DNA of 20,000 nucleotides from Catajapyx aquilonaris. Taxonomy: Eukaryota. The notes beneath the pieces were generated by a model. The model had not been told where the DNA came from, made no database searches, and worked only from the letters and a program-made list of their open reading frames with translations. Of this stretch, positions 1 to 10,669 are shown one piece after another (the first letter of the stretch is position 1; every line of letters begins with the position of its first letter). A program made the translations under genes and the position numbers. The stretch lies in the NCBI GenBank assembly GCA_000934665.2, contig KZ538514.1, forward strand, positions 45,113-65,112, in the 5' to 3' direction.

Positions 1-263
1 AAGGGAAGGAAAACAAGGGGGTGGTTGACTGTAAGTATGACAAAGGTCAGTGACATGTCAGCATAATTGAGGGGTTACCCACTTGCACAGTCAATGGTAC
101 ACTTTTCTGGCTGGGTCCGATGGTGACAAGCACCTTGAGTGCTAAAATGCCTGTCACCATCACCACCAAGCACAACAACAAAATGGTGTGTGATCACAGG
201 CAGACATGCCTCAGGTTGATTGATTATTATTTGTAATTAGGCATACACTTCCAAATGCAGTGA

Positions 264-1250
264 TTAGCCCCTTGTATGAAATGTTCTGCCTAATATATCT
301 GTGACCTTTTGCATCATTGTTGCTGAGCTTTGCGTTGTAGAATGCTCCATTGGCCTTTTTCGGGAATTCACATGACCAGATGAAGGTGAATGCCCTGAAC
401 TCTCAGAAAGTGGCATTACCTCCATTTCCCCGGAAAAGTGACATTCGACCTTCTTTGCTGTCAACCTCCCCCAAAATTATTGTGACATATTTGTTGGGCG
501 TTTTCAACTAGAATTTTGAGAAACTGGTGCTTGAGAGAGATGTAAAGTTGACGGCCTGCTTACTTAGAGGTAACAGTGGTATCCATACTGTTATATCAGC
601 AGCAGTAATTCCCAGACCACATGTGAAAACAGTTACTGGTGTATGACTTGTCATCTCTTAAGTAAGGAGGACATCAACCATACCCAATTGTAATTTAAAC
701 ACATCCTTGACTCCGTACCTGCCATCATCCTGACTTTGTTCATTTCTTGAATACAGAAGCGACATGTCAATATGACCACAGGGACTAGGGAATTTGAGGG
801 CGCAGATGAGTTATGTGCAGGTTTTTGAAAATTGGGTTGTCTTGAAGTGAAAGTTGTCGGTGTTTATGATTACTATTATTGCTGACCACTAGTTCAGACA
901 TGGTTTTTAGCCTAGGGTTGTGGATATAACAAGACACGCATGGTTTATGTATTTTGTTTTCTTTGGATCCTGCTCATCCCACTCCTGTGACAGTCATTGG
1001 GCACCTTCAGGTGTGTTTTCTTTATTTGGGTTGAGGAAAGGAGAGAGGCAGTGCTGGAAATTTCTCCTTTATTTAGAAGAGGGCTTGCTTCTCGTATTGA
1101 AGCTGCCGATGGCTCTGTACAAAAAGCAAATTAAGAGAGAGTGTTGGTGGATATCCAACATTGTCGAATAATCTGCTGCTTGTGTAATACAGAAGGAGGG
1201 GTTTCAACATGACAAAACACATTCCAGGATGCAGCACAACCGTCCTGGGT
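264..1250 (-). mobile_element. Probable degraded Penelope-like retroelement (RT thumb, linker and GIY-YIG end)
   Basis: Frameshifted minus-strand fragments occur in Penelope order: YPPTLSLNLLFVQSHR (cf. HPxxxKxSIPYSQxxR), HNPRLKTMSELV..LQDNPIFK, PCGH..CRFC (Cys linker), VECHFSG..SRKR, and TFHTRG(LN) (cf. TLxPxGLN). Matched by eye only; boundaries approximate. Confidence 0.5.
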
Positions 1251-1869
1251 TCCCATTCTCGCTAATTGTAAATACTTGAGGAGAAACGATAGTAAATAGT
1301 AGTTGCTTGTGACGAAAAAAAATTTATAGGATATGGCACCTGGTTTCTTGAGGAAGGCAGAGTGAAGGCTGAAAAGGCGGGTGGGCAACGAAGACGGATA
1401 TGAGAAAATTCACTGTGTAAACTATCACGTACGTTCGCTTGGCTTTGGTATATTGCTCGCGAATGCAAAAGAACCCCTCATCACTTTCCCTGGCGCTCTT
1501 CCCCTAAACCGTACCACAAATTCAGACGTATCTCCCTAATCAATTAAGCACCAGTAGTGTAAGAGGCTGCACGGGAGAGTACGAAATGCGAATAGAATTA
1601 ATTGTACAGATAACAAAAAAAAAAAGTGTGTATATGAGAGCGAAGCTCATTGTGTGCTATAACCCTGTACCTCCTCGTTTTTTTTTTCTTCCTTCGAAAA
1701 CCAATCAAACTTTGCCTTTTCGAGTACAGGAAACGAACTGGAGAAGGGAGTTTTCATAACCACACGTCATTCAACCCAAATTTTTAAGTGTAGGTCCTCT
1801 TCCCTATACCTCCCATTCCCCTCTGTCTTGTACAGTTGTAGTATAGTACTGTAAGTAAACCTCACTACA

Positions 1870-2615
1870 TTAATGTAGGGCTAAAATAAACCAGCTGAAG
1901 AAAATATGTGCAGGTCTGGTGTACGGCTTGCAGTGTGTGGGAGAAGGAATTTATCACGGGGAAAAAATCCTCTTCCCTCCTTTCCAGTACCTGCCACTTC
2001 ATCAATCTTTTATTAGGGAGGGGTTGGGGGAAGAGGTGTTTTTTCAAAGAATGTAATCCTCTCAGAGTATGCTCAGAGGGTATGCTATTATTTTTTAATA
2101 TAGTGGGAGTTCTTGAGTTGATGCCATTGCTGCAATGTGCTTTGGTGAGGATCTTCACTATTTTTATTTTCCTTTGCTACCTATCATGTGTACTTGGGGA
2201 AATATCACCTGCAAGTGTAGGTTCCAGTCAGGGGTTGAATTATAATCATACCAGTGGGGGGAGCTCTCTTGGCCTCAATTCATCATGTGAGGCATGTGGT
2301 GGTTGGGGTTGTTGTCCAGTTCAGTTTCTAAAACATTTGTTGAACAAAATTGTTGGGGAGGACTTTCCATGAAGAGTTGGTTTAACAGGCTGGGGCCCCT
2401 TCCTTCTGAAATCAATGTGTGCGTGTGGGAGGGGTTTCTAGGCCTGACTGTATGTGCCACCCCGAATTCCTGTTTTAGTATGTATACCACTGAAGCGAGT
2501 GCTACCCCCCTCCTGAATGAAATTCCTGGATCCAGTTATCTACACGTGTGAAGTTAATGTGTGTACAGTAGCACCTTTTCGCACCCACACCTTCGAGCCA
2601 TACATCATGCCCCCA
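1870..2615 (-). mobile_element. Possible non-LTR retrotransposon (LINE) ORF2 C-terminal remnant
   Basis: Minus-strand MMYGSKVW near 2590-2610 resembles the post-RT YGxExW motif; EEDFFPVI near 1960-1980 resembles the E-D/T-xxH-F-I zinc-knuckle region. Heavily decayed. Confidence 0.35.
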
Positions 2616-3134
2616 CCATGGCCCCTTCTCCAAAGAGGTTAAAAAATTAATAAGCATGTGTGCTTTTTAAGTACTGTAATTGATGTGCATTAATTCTTTT
2701 TAGCTTGTGGAAGTACATGGCCTGACCAAACAGAATTTATAGTCTTACTTGTTTTAAATAAATCCAAGGCAGTTGTAATTACAATGTTGGTCTCCAAATG
2801 ATTCAGTTGTGGAGATCAGGAAAAAGCTAATGCAATCAATTGTTTGTAATTGTAATAAACCTTAGCAGCATTTTCAGATTCTGGATTATTTTTCTGATCT
2901 CCACAAGAACCTTTCAACCCCCCTGTTTATAACAGACGCAGTATAATTTGCCAATCTTGTGTACAACAGGAATACCAAGTGGTCCAGAAACATATTGGAA
3001 GCCGCAGATTTTTTTTCCAGCTCCTGTCAAAAATGTGAAGTGATGGAATGTTTGTGGTTGTTGGTGAAATTGGAATTGAATCTCTCCATGATCCACAGAA
3101 GGGTAGGCCTCTATGAAACGAGTTTTCTCCAGAG

Positions 3135-3135
<1 letters not shown>

Positions 3136-3204
<69 letters not shown>
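3136..3204. repeat. (TTA)n microsatellite
   Basis: Uninterrupted TTA run; it produces the poly-L and poly-I ORFs. Confidence 0.98.
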
Positions 3205-3205
<1 letters not shown>

Positions 3206-3227
3206 GTAGCAGAAGTAGTAGTATATA

Positions 3228-3827
3228 CAGTAAAATCTTGTTACAACGAAGCCCGCAGGACCGAGCAAATCTTTTCGTAATAACGGAATTTCGTTAAATC
3301 GAGATTGGTTATTTTTATTTCCCCCCATACATGACCGAATCTGTCAACTCCTGGCACACCTGTACGTCGTCATCTGCGGCTACAAAATCGTGAACGGTAA
3401 CTTCTTCTGGCACGCTGGTGTTTTCAGCGTCGGACCTCCACACAGACAGGTTGTCAGGGTCATCTGAGTCTTCACCGTCCTGGTCACTCCCCAAAACAGA
3501 CACTGCTGACCCCTTAATGCAACTTCTACCCCAACATTTCACGATTGTAGACGGTGTTACGCACGGCCACACACTCGCTTATCGCTAGACAGTGCTGGAA
3601 CACATGTGGCGGAGCATTGCACTACTGCATATTTCGTTATATCGGGGTCAATACTAGCCGTGGATCCACCTTTCGTATTCATTGTACTGAAAATTTCGTA
3701 GTAACGCATTTCGTAATAACGGGATTGCAAATACATTGCTCTTACGGCTGGCCAACCAAAATTTTATTTTTATTGCGTTCTATTGAAATTTCATACTATT
3801 GGTATTCGCTAAAACGAGATTTTACTG
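3228..3827 (-). mobile_element. Non-autonomous pogo/Tigger-type DNA transposon, 600 bp
   Basis: TIRs CAGTAAAATCTTGTTACAACGAA and (rc) CAGTAAAATCTCGTTTTAGCGAA; TA on both flanks (3226-7, 3828-9); repeated TTTCGTAATAACG-like subterminal motifs; internal peptide VTPSTIVKCW...DFVAADDDVQVCQELTD resembles a pogo/TIGD transposase C-terminus. Confidence 0.85.
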
Positions 3828-3997
3828 TAATAATAATAATCAAAGATTTTCTCCTTAACTTGTACTCATACTACAGGCCCTAAGTACCATTGGCACAATG
3901 TTACTAATTAATTTAATTTGCTTCAATTTTAATAAGTGGTCCTCATGCTGTTGATTACTGCCAGGACTTCTTTCTTGCAATGTGAAGCAGCCAGATA

Positions 3998-4827
3998 CAA
4001 GGTGGTTCAAAAATATGAGCAGGACTGATTTTTTAAAGAGCATTCCTTATTACACATTGACTTATATGTGCCACCCTCAAAAGAACTCCCAACCGGCTTC
4101 TACACATTTTTTGTTGGGTTGCGCGTATATCCATTCTCGAACACTAGTCATCACAGCATTGTTGTCTTCAAACTGCATTCCTGGTGTAACTGATTCAATT
4201 CTTCCAAACCAGATGATATCACTTGGGGCCATATCTGGCCTATAGGGTGGGTGTTGCAGGAGGTCCCACATTAATATTGAAATTGGCCACCTATTTTGTT
4301 GTCATTGGGCAACATGTGTGGAACCCAACGGGCCTTCCTTCCTCTATTTCAGATGGATTTTCATGATGGCCTCTACACTACCAACTCTGACCTTTAAAGC
4401 TGTAGCAAGTTCTTGTACAGTGGTGCACCTGTCCTCCCAAATAAGCTCATTAACACAGTCAATGTTTTCTGGAGTGATGTAAGTTTGTGGTGGACAATTG
4501 TGCAGTTCATTCTCCACTCTCCCACTTCCCCCTCTGAAACATGCAGGTTCGAGAGAGATACTCTTCTGCATACTGTTTTTTGACTGCCTGTCAAATGTTT
4601 AATGGATTGATGCTTTTCCTATTGAACCATTTGATGGCAATGCGTTGTTCCAAACTCCACGACACTTTCTGCGTGGTCATCTCTCCTGGAAATCCCAGAC
4701 AAGACTGAGCCGGATCCCACCCATAGTGTACAGAAGAGAGGAGTTTAGTCCACTTTCTCAAAGTTGTTCGTTTGTTGAGCAGGTTTGTTCAGAAAAAAAT
4801 CAGTCCCATTCATATTTAATCCCCTTG
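3998..4827 (-). mobile_element. Internally deleted mariner transposon
   Basis: Imperfect TIRs CAAGGTGGTTCAAAAATATGAGCAGGACTGATTTTTT and (rc) CAAGGGGATTAAATATGAATGGGACTGATTTTTT with TA flanks; transposase fragments TPENIDCVNELIWEDRCTTVQELATAL (HTH) and WDLLQHPPYRPDMAPSD (cf. HPPYSPDLAPSD). Confidence 0.88.
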
Positions 4828-4967
4828 TAATGTACTATAACATCAAGATAGATGTAGGACGAAGTGTACAATAAGATACTGATGCAACATCCTAATAGAA
4901 AGTGCATTTAGGTAGGGCCAGTTTGCCTGATCAATGGTAAATCCAGAACATGTGGTTGATCCATATA

Positions 4968-5261
4968 GAGTTGACTCTGGATATAAGAGCCTTGGTTATA
5001 GCCAACTCGAAAGGCTGCCCCTGGCATCTTTCCATAAGGCTTGTGCGTTTTTACTCGGATATAGCAAACTCATTTTTCATGCACCACAGCTATAACCGAT
5101 CATTTCTTGGCCCCCGGGGCCAAGAAATGATCGGTTATAGCTGTGGTGGGAAAATATGCTGCTTTCAAAAACCCAGCTGTGTGATATGGATATAGGAGAC
5201 CTCGGTTATAGGATACTGATTTCTTCAGTCCCTTGAAGTCCTTGATATCCGGAGTAAACTG
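4968..5261. mobile_element. pogo/Tigger-type MITE with internal perfect palindrome
   Basis: Decayed TIRs GAGTTGACTCTGGATATAAG and (rc) CAGTTTACTCCGGATATCAAG with TA flanks; repeated CTCGGWTATAG-like motifs near 4990, 5054, 5131 and 5201. Confidence 0.7.
5082..5148. repeat. Perfect palindrome, 33-bp arms with 1-nt spacer
   Basis: CACCACAGCTATAACCGATCATTTCTTGGCCCC-C-GGGGCCAAGAAATGATCGGTTATAGCTGTGGTG, no mismatches. Confidence 0.97.
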
Positions 5262-6013
5262 TATATTAATTACATTTACTACCAAACATGTGAGTGGCCA
5301 TAAATAGTACCACACTCATACATCGATGAAAATGATACTGAGGGTCCAAAACAGCAATAGAAATAGTACTGTGCATCCATTCTGTATGGTCAGCTGACTT
5401 CCATGACTACTGCATAGTTGAGGTCGATTGACAGTACTATAGAGACATCCTGAATCACCAAGAAAGCTTGGCCTCCTAGCCCCATAATATAAGATCAAAG
5501 GGCTTTGACATATTCGTCACCCAAAAGCATGCATGAGAAAAGGGAAATGCGTAACTGATAGTCTAACAGAGAATGAGCCAGAGTAACTGAAAAGGCAGTA
5601 CAATGTGATCAACCTCCCTCATGCCACGATTCATACCACTTGCTCATTGGCAGATTTACCCTCTGAATAGCAGTAGTTTACACCTCCCAGACAAGTACCT
5701 CTTTTCTGAAACGTAGCTTCAACTGTACAAAATGCTGTAAATTATGCAATGTGTTTTATACGGTTGTGACCTTTCATTGGAGGAGTGACAAATGCAAAAA
5801 TCTGTTAACACCATTAAATTGGGATGCCCTTACACCCCATGACCATCTATTTCAAATCCTGTCACAATCATCCGGTTCAGAAACAAATGAGAACATGAAG
5901 AAGTGCACGGAATTTTGTGAAGATGGCTAACATCATGCATAGCATGGTCATGACTCATGAAATATCTGGTGCCAAGGACATCTTTGAGGACATTCCTGGC
6001 AATGCATTATCTT

Positions 6014-6348
6014 TTTTTTTATATATATATTGATACCCCGTGCTCGAGCCTGAGGCTCGTTTAGGGGGGTGGGCTACCACCATCTGTGGTGAAACTAGTA
6101 TACTGAAAGTATTTAGTGTGTTTCACGGGTCGTTAGGAGGGGATGTGCAAAGTGCATGTGCGCTGTCGTTAATTGGTCATTTTGTGAACTCCCCCGGGTG
6201 GCTTAGTCTATCGGAAATTGCCACCCGAAACGAAGCCAGAGATGGCCCAACTCTGCACGAAAGAAGGTGGGAACCCCAGGTGGGGATCGAACCCGGGACC
6301 TTAACTTCCGTGGGCGCGCGCGTTACCGCGGCGCCACTCCGTCTCCCT
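6014..6348 (-). mobile_element. tRNA-derived SINE, head type B, full length
   Basis: Pol III A-box-like TGGCGCCGCGG and B-box GGTTCGATCCC; (TA)n/A tail; perfect 17-bp TSD TGGCAATGCATTATCTT at 5997-6013 and 6349-6365; homologous to 15355-15666. Confidence 0.92.
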
Positions 6349-6419
6349 TGGCAATGCATTATCTTACATCATTGTCAAAAGGTGCACTACCCTGCTCAAA
6401 AAAGGCCAAGACAGCCTGG

Positions 6420-7395
6420 AAGATGGATTGTTGTTGGCCAGTTGTGAAGTTGTGAACTGGCAGGTTGTTGACGTACAAAGTAAACAGTCGAGTTCATGGA
6501 ACAACAGACATGTTCTCACTAACCAGCCTGTTCGAAGGCCGTTTGAGCACTAACATTGTAGAAAACGCCCCCCCACTCAGGAAGGCCAGGACTCTCCATC
6601 AAGCTAAACATGTGGATAGAGTGGAGGAACTGGTCATGGGAAGCAGCACATTTATGGTCAGGTGCATTTCCAAGCAGTGGGCATCTGAACCTATTCAGTT
6701 CACACCATCCTACATGACCACTTGAACCTGCAGGTGCCACTTTCTTGGACCCAGAGCAGAAGGAAATTTCTCAGGCGATATCACACCGAACTTGGACCTG
6801 CTAAATGCCCATCTGGGCAGGTTTTACATTCGCATGGTTACTCAGAATGAATTTGAAGTTTCCCATGAACACATCAAGACTGAAGGTGAATGAAAGCTGT
6901 GGAAACATTAAGACTCCATTCTTCAGAGAAGTTCAGGGAGTAGAAGTCGAGGACAATAAGGGTCAGGGTCACAGTTTTCTGGAGGAACATATAGAGTCCT
7001 GCAATTGGATTTTTTGGAAAACAAGATTACCATCAGAGGATTACTAAACCTTGCTCCTACATAAGTTACGGGGCCATCAAGCGCAAGTGACATGGAAAAC
7101 TGCGAAGTGTCCTCCTGTAAGACAACTTTCCAGCTCTCAGCTGCCCGATTGCAGTGGCTGCTCTGAAGAGTTGTTCTTTCCATCTACTTCCACACCAATC
7201 CTATTCTCCCAATCTGACTTTTACCTGTTCTCGAAAGTGAAGTCACACCTTTGGGGTCAACTTCATGTGAGTGACCATCAGGTCAAGTCAGCTAAGGGGA
7301 AGATCTTGGATGATGGGACTCTTCCTTCTACCACAAGGTGGCAAGAAAATGGAGCAACTACTTTGACATTTCCAGTGACTATATTGAGACATCAT
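6420..7395 (+). mobile_element. Degraded mariner transposase
   Basis: Frameshifted fragments in mariner order: VENAP..HVDRVEELV, VLQLDFLENKITI, SQSDFYLFSKVKSHLWGQ..SDHQVKSA (cf. APSDFYLFxxLKxxLxG) and terminal DYIET (cf. GDYVEK). Confidence 0.8.
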
Positions 7396-7721
7396 GGGGG
7401 AGGTGTGGTTGCTGAGATGGTAACCTCTTGGCTTGCTGAGTGAAAAGTTCCAGGTTCGATCCCCGCCTAGGAGCTCCCTTTCACTTGCATCGGTGACGGT
7501 CGCTGACCTGCACCTTGGAGGTGTCTGGCAACCTAACCTCTTGGGGGACTGCACATGACCCACACATAATGACAACGCACTTGCACCCTTGTCCCCTCCC
7601 CAAAAATCCCTATCCTTACCCAATGTCCTTGATTCCCTGCACCAGAGTTCAAAGAAAAATGGAAAATAATAGAGAAAATACGGTGGTGTTTCACCCCCCT
7701 GAGAGCCAACGGCTCTAACAC
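7396..7721 (+). mobile_element. tRNA-derived SINE, head type A
   Basis: A-box-like TTGCTGAGATGG and B-box GGTTCGATCCC; 15-bp TSD ATATTGAGA(C/T)ATCAT at 7381-7395 and 7722-7736; homologous to the 14630 and 18811 copies; lacks the terminal GGGGTA and tail. Confidence 0.92.
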
Positions 7722-7856
7722 ATATTGAGATATCATAGAACAGGGTCACCATGGTCACCCAGGTGACTTGGCCACAATATTCCAAAATGTCATCAATGAA
7801 TATTTAATGTGACAAATGTGATGAAAATAAGACTTTCAATCACATCATGCCATTAA

Positions 7857-7871
7857 ATATATATACATATA

Positions 7872-7959
<88 letters not shown>

Positions 7960-7972
7960 TATAATATATATA
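7857..7972. repeat. (TA)n microsatellite
   Basis: Long TA dinucleotide run with a few interruptions. Confidence 0.98.
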
Positions 7973-8102
7973 TTTGGTATGATGTATACACATATCCAGC
8001 TCCGTCGGAGTTCATGGGTGCATGTGTAGTCAGGAGGTATTTCCTACTAGCCTGCCTTGTGTTCCAATTAAAGCCAACACTGGGGATATTCGAAATGTAA
8101 AA

Positions 8103-8108
8103 TTTATT
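8103..8108 (-). promoter_or_regulatory. Candidate polyadenylation signal of LRRC58
   Basis: AATAAA on the minus strand about 670 nt downstream of the stop codon; motif evidence only. Confidence 0.3.
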
Positions 8109-8781
8109 TGTACTTTTCAATTTCAACAGTTATAAAATATATTGGTCCTTTCTTCTGGGCCCACTATAAAATTTTCTTCGTACAAGCATTTAGAAAGGTC
8201 AATGTATCACCCAACTAAGCAAGCATTCTCTCGCTAGACCTTTGGCATCAAACGCAGGGGAAAAGAAGTGATTCACACTTGCAGCCAGTAAGTAATAAAA
8301 TCAATGTACAAGATTGTCCTCACATAATTCCTAACATGGCAATAATGGGCTAAACATTCATACTTTCTCACCTTCTTGCCAAGTAAAATTAGCACCTTTT
8401 TTTTTGATTCACATTATAAACATACGATAATTCACTAATAACATGGCAGGGACCTGAAAATACAGGTATATAGATTAGCATTTACATAAGTTGTGTAATT
8501 GAAAGGCAAGTCTTTGGCACTTCATAACAAAAGATCCAACTACATTTTACCAACGGCAATATGAACAGAATGCTTGTTAACAGAACCGATTGAAGATCAC
8601 AAATATAACAAAAAAATAAAATCAGAAAAGAGAGACGGAACAAATCACCATAATATGTATATAACATTTCAAGTAAATTAAGGCCCTTTTCTTGTCGCTA
8701 TCATAAAAATGGCAATTGCCCTGGAATGAGAGGACAGCATGATCACATTTGAAATATAAAATGGTAGCCTTTTCATTAATT

Positions 8782-8960
8782 TCAACCCAGAAGGACCTTC
8801 TTGAGCTTCTCATCGCTGTCAGAATCTGATGTGTCTGAGTCTGGCACAAATGGTCGGCTGCTGCATTGTGGAGAGCACAGATACTGCAGCAGAGGAATAC
8901 GGTATTTGCCACAAAAGTCCACGAATTTGATGTGCTCCACACGGTTGTCAAAGTAGACTC
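8782..8960 (-). CDS. LRRC58: LRRC58 coding exon 4 (last): Cys-rich C-terminus
   Basis: Acceptor ttttgctttgcag, phase 1; encodes (G)VYFDNRVEHIKFVDFCGKYRIPLLQYLCSPQCSSRPFVPDSDTSDSDSDEKLKKVLLG then TGA. FVDFCGKYRxPLxxYLCSPxC and terminal KVLLG are characteristic of LRRC58. Confidence 0.95.
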
Positions 8961-9179
8961 CTGCAAAGCAAAAGACAGACTGTGTCTTTTATCGAAGCAT
9001 ATCAAAGAATGAGTTAGCTCATCGCCATTTAAACTCATTTCTTGTACCAAAGATGTAGACAGAGATGTTGTCCCAGGAGCCAGTATACCCATAAGATAAG
9101 TGATTTCTAACACATATTCTACCTTGCTCTTACCAGCCTTATTGAGGTATTACAGAGCATATAGTCAAAAGCTACTAAC

Positions 9180-9369
9180 CTTTGCATTTTGGATTGACAC
9201 AGCTGAGTGCACATCCAAGGTACTCCTGAAGGTTAGATGGCAACTCGTGTGGGTCATGAGGCACGTTCTTGACTTTTACAGTACGAGCCGCCAGTTCCAG
9301 GAGGGTTGGGGGGTCATATGTCATGTCACGCACAAATCTCACCACCAGTGGGTTGTCTCTCAAGCTCAG
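9180..9369 (-). CDS. LRRC58: LRRC58 coding exon 3: last LRR, BC-box/cullin-box-like region
   Basis: Acceptor tatacacag, donor g|gttagt; 190 nt; LSLRDNPLVVRFVRDMTYDPPTLLELAARTVK...ELPSNLQEYLGCALSCVNPKCK. Confidence 0.95.
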
Positions 9370-9659
9370 CTGTGTATAGAAACTTATATTAAGAGACAGA
9401 ATAAGGGAGATTGCATAACGAATTGACATCAAGCTATGGGACTGTCAGGGACACCCAAGCACCTAAAACCCTATATAGCCCTGTTGTCCCACCAAGAATG
9501 CCTTCTGAATGTGCTCTATCTCCACAAGTCAATTAGTAACTAAACTTTCCCATGTGGTCAGTCAGCAATTTTGCCGATGTTACCAGTAATTTTTTGTTAA
9601 AATCTGCTCTCTTGCTCCATGTGACTGATGTCTCCTCCTTCACCAAGTTAATTATAGGC

Positions 9660-9661
<2 letters not shown>

Positions 9662-9699
<38 letters not shown>
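9662..9699. repeat. (CT)n microsatellite, intronic
   Basis: Pure CT run. Confidence 0.97.
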
Positions 9700-9702
<3 letters not shown>

Positions 9703-9753
9703 CCCCCTCCCCATTAAAATCATGAAGCTTGCCACAGGATTTCAAATACTAAC

Positions 9754-9970
9754 CTCCATGAGGTTCTGTAGGGTAACAATCTCAGGCGGAAGAGTGGTCA
9801 GGCTGTTTTTGTGTAGAAGCAGTGATTTGAGCTGTGTCATGTTGGCAACACTGGATGGCAGACTCTCAAGGACATTTTCACACAGTACAAGGGCACGTAG
9901 CTCCTTCAGCAGGCCAATCTCCCATGGGATGTGAGACAGCCTGTTGCCGCCCAAGTACAACACCTGGAGC
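9754..9970 (-). CDS. LRRC58: LRRC58 coding exon 2: LRRs
   Basis: Acceptor ccttatttag, donor gag|gttagt; 217 nt, phase 2 to phase 0; LQVLYLGGNRLSHIPWEIGLLKELRALVLCENVLESLP...LQNLME. Confidence 0.95.
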
Positions 9971-10669
9971 CTAAATAAGGCAAAATACCATAGAGCTTAG
10001 ATGAAATTCACTTGCCAGTCGTTGAATATTATCTATCGATTGGAATCTTCAGCAATAAAATTAAAACAATAGAGTCTTCTTAAGCAAAATGAAAACCAAT
10101 GATTTCTACATTTAAAAGTTTTGGTTTACAAAGCCACACCTATGCATCATTTTAAAATTCACAACTTACAATGTTTACTTAATGCTAGTTGAAAACAATA
10201 CTGCTGCACTCGACAAACCCATGAGTCACATTTGAACCCTGATCAGATAAAGCACTCAAAGTGAAACGGAACTGATACGATAATGCAAGTTTACAAAGAA
10301 GTTAAAATTCTCCTGAAGTTACTTCCAATTTTCTTCAATGTACAGCATGTTCCTGCCAACATTAGCTACCCACTGTATCAAAAATGTCTGCAGCAATGAT
10401 CAGTGCAATTACTTCTAACAAGGATGCTGCTCTTTTTTATCACCCTGCAGCTGTAGTAATCCTGTGCCCACGTCATCATATGAAGGTCTTAATGACACAG
10501 GTCATTTATTATCTTTCGTTAATCTGTTGTTATTTCAGGGCTTAAGGCACCCATTATGACAAGAAGTTTCACCAAATCTTATGTTGACTCAATATCAGTT
10601 ATCTCTATTTGCCAGTTGTTTGCTCAGCAATTAAGTTAGTATTTTCCCACCTCCTTGAAAAAAACCCAC

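Noticed and set aside
2927..3328. Poly-Ile and poly-Leu ORFs (also 18806-18991, the YI repeats at 7845-8126 and the RE repeat at 9533-9745)
   Set aside because: They are translations of microsatellites.
7396..7480. tRNA genes at the SINE heads
   Set aside because: A and B boxes are present, but there is no clean cloverleaf or acceptor stem, and each continues into a repeat body with a tail or TSD.
6040..7785. ORFs 6040-6447 and 7288-7785, with similar peptides at 14609-14906 and 19037-19219 resembling a small gene family
   Set aside because: The shared peptides are chance translations of SINE copies and the frames are not conserved between copies.
8622..9426. ORFs 8622-9113 (-), 9100-9426 (+) and other ORFs overlapping LRRC58 exons
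   Set aside because: Alternative-frame or antisense shadows of real exons, with no recognisable motifs.
9963..10651. Alternative in-frame splice pair: donor after 10651 (gag|gtggga) with acceptor at 9963 (ctccag|gtg)
   Set aside because: It is formally in frame but replaces LQ with WVFFKE and breaks the LxxLxLxxN register; 10670/9970 fits the LRR consensus. Only RNA-seq could show minor use.
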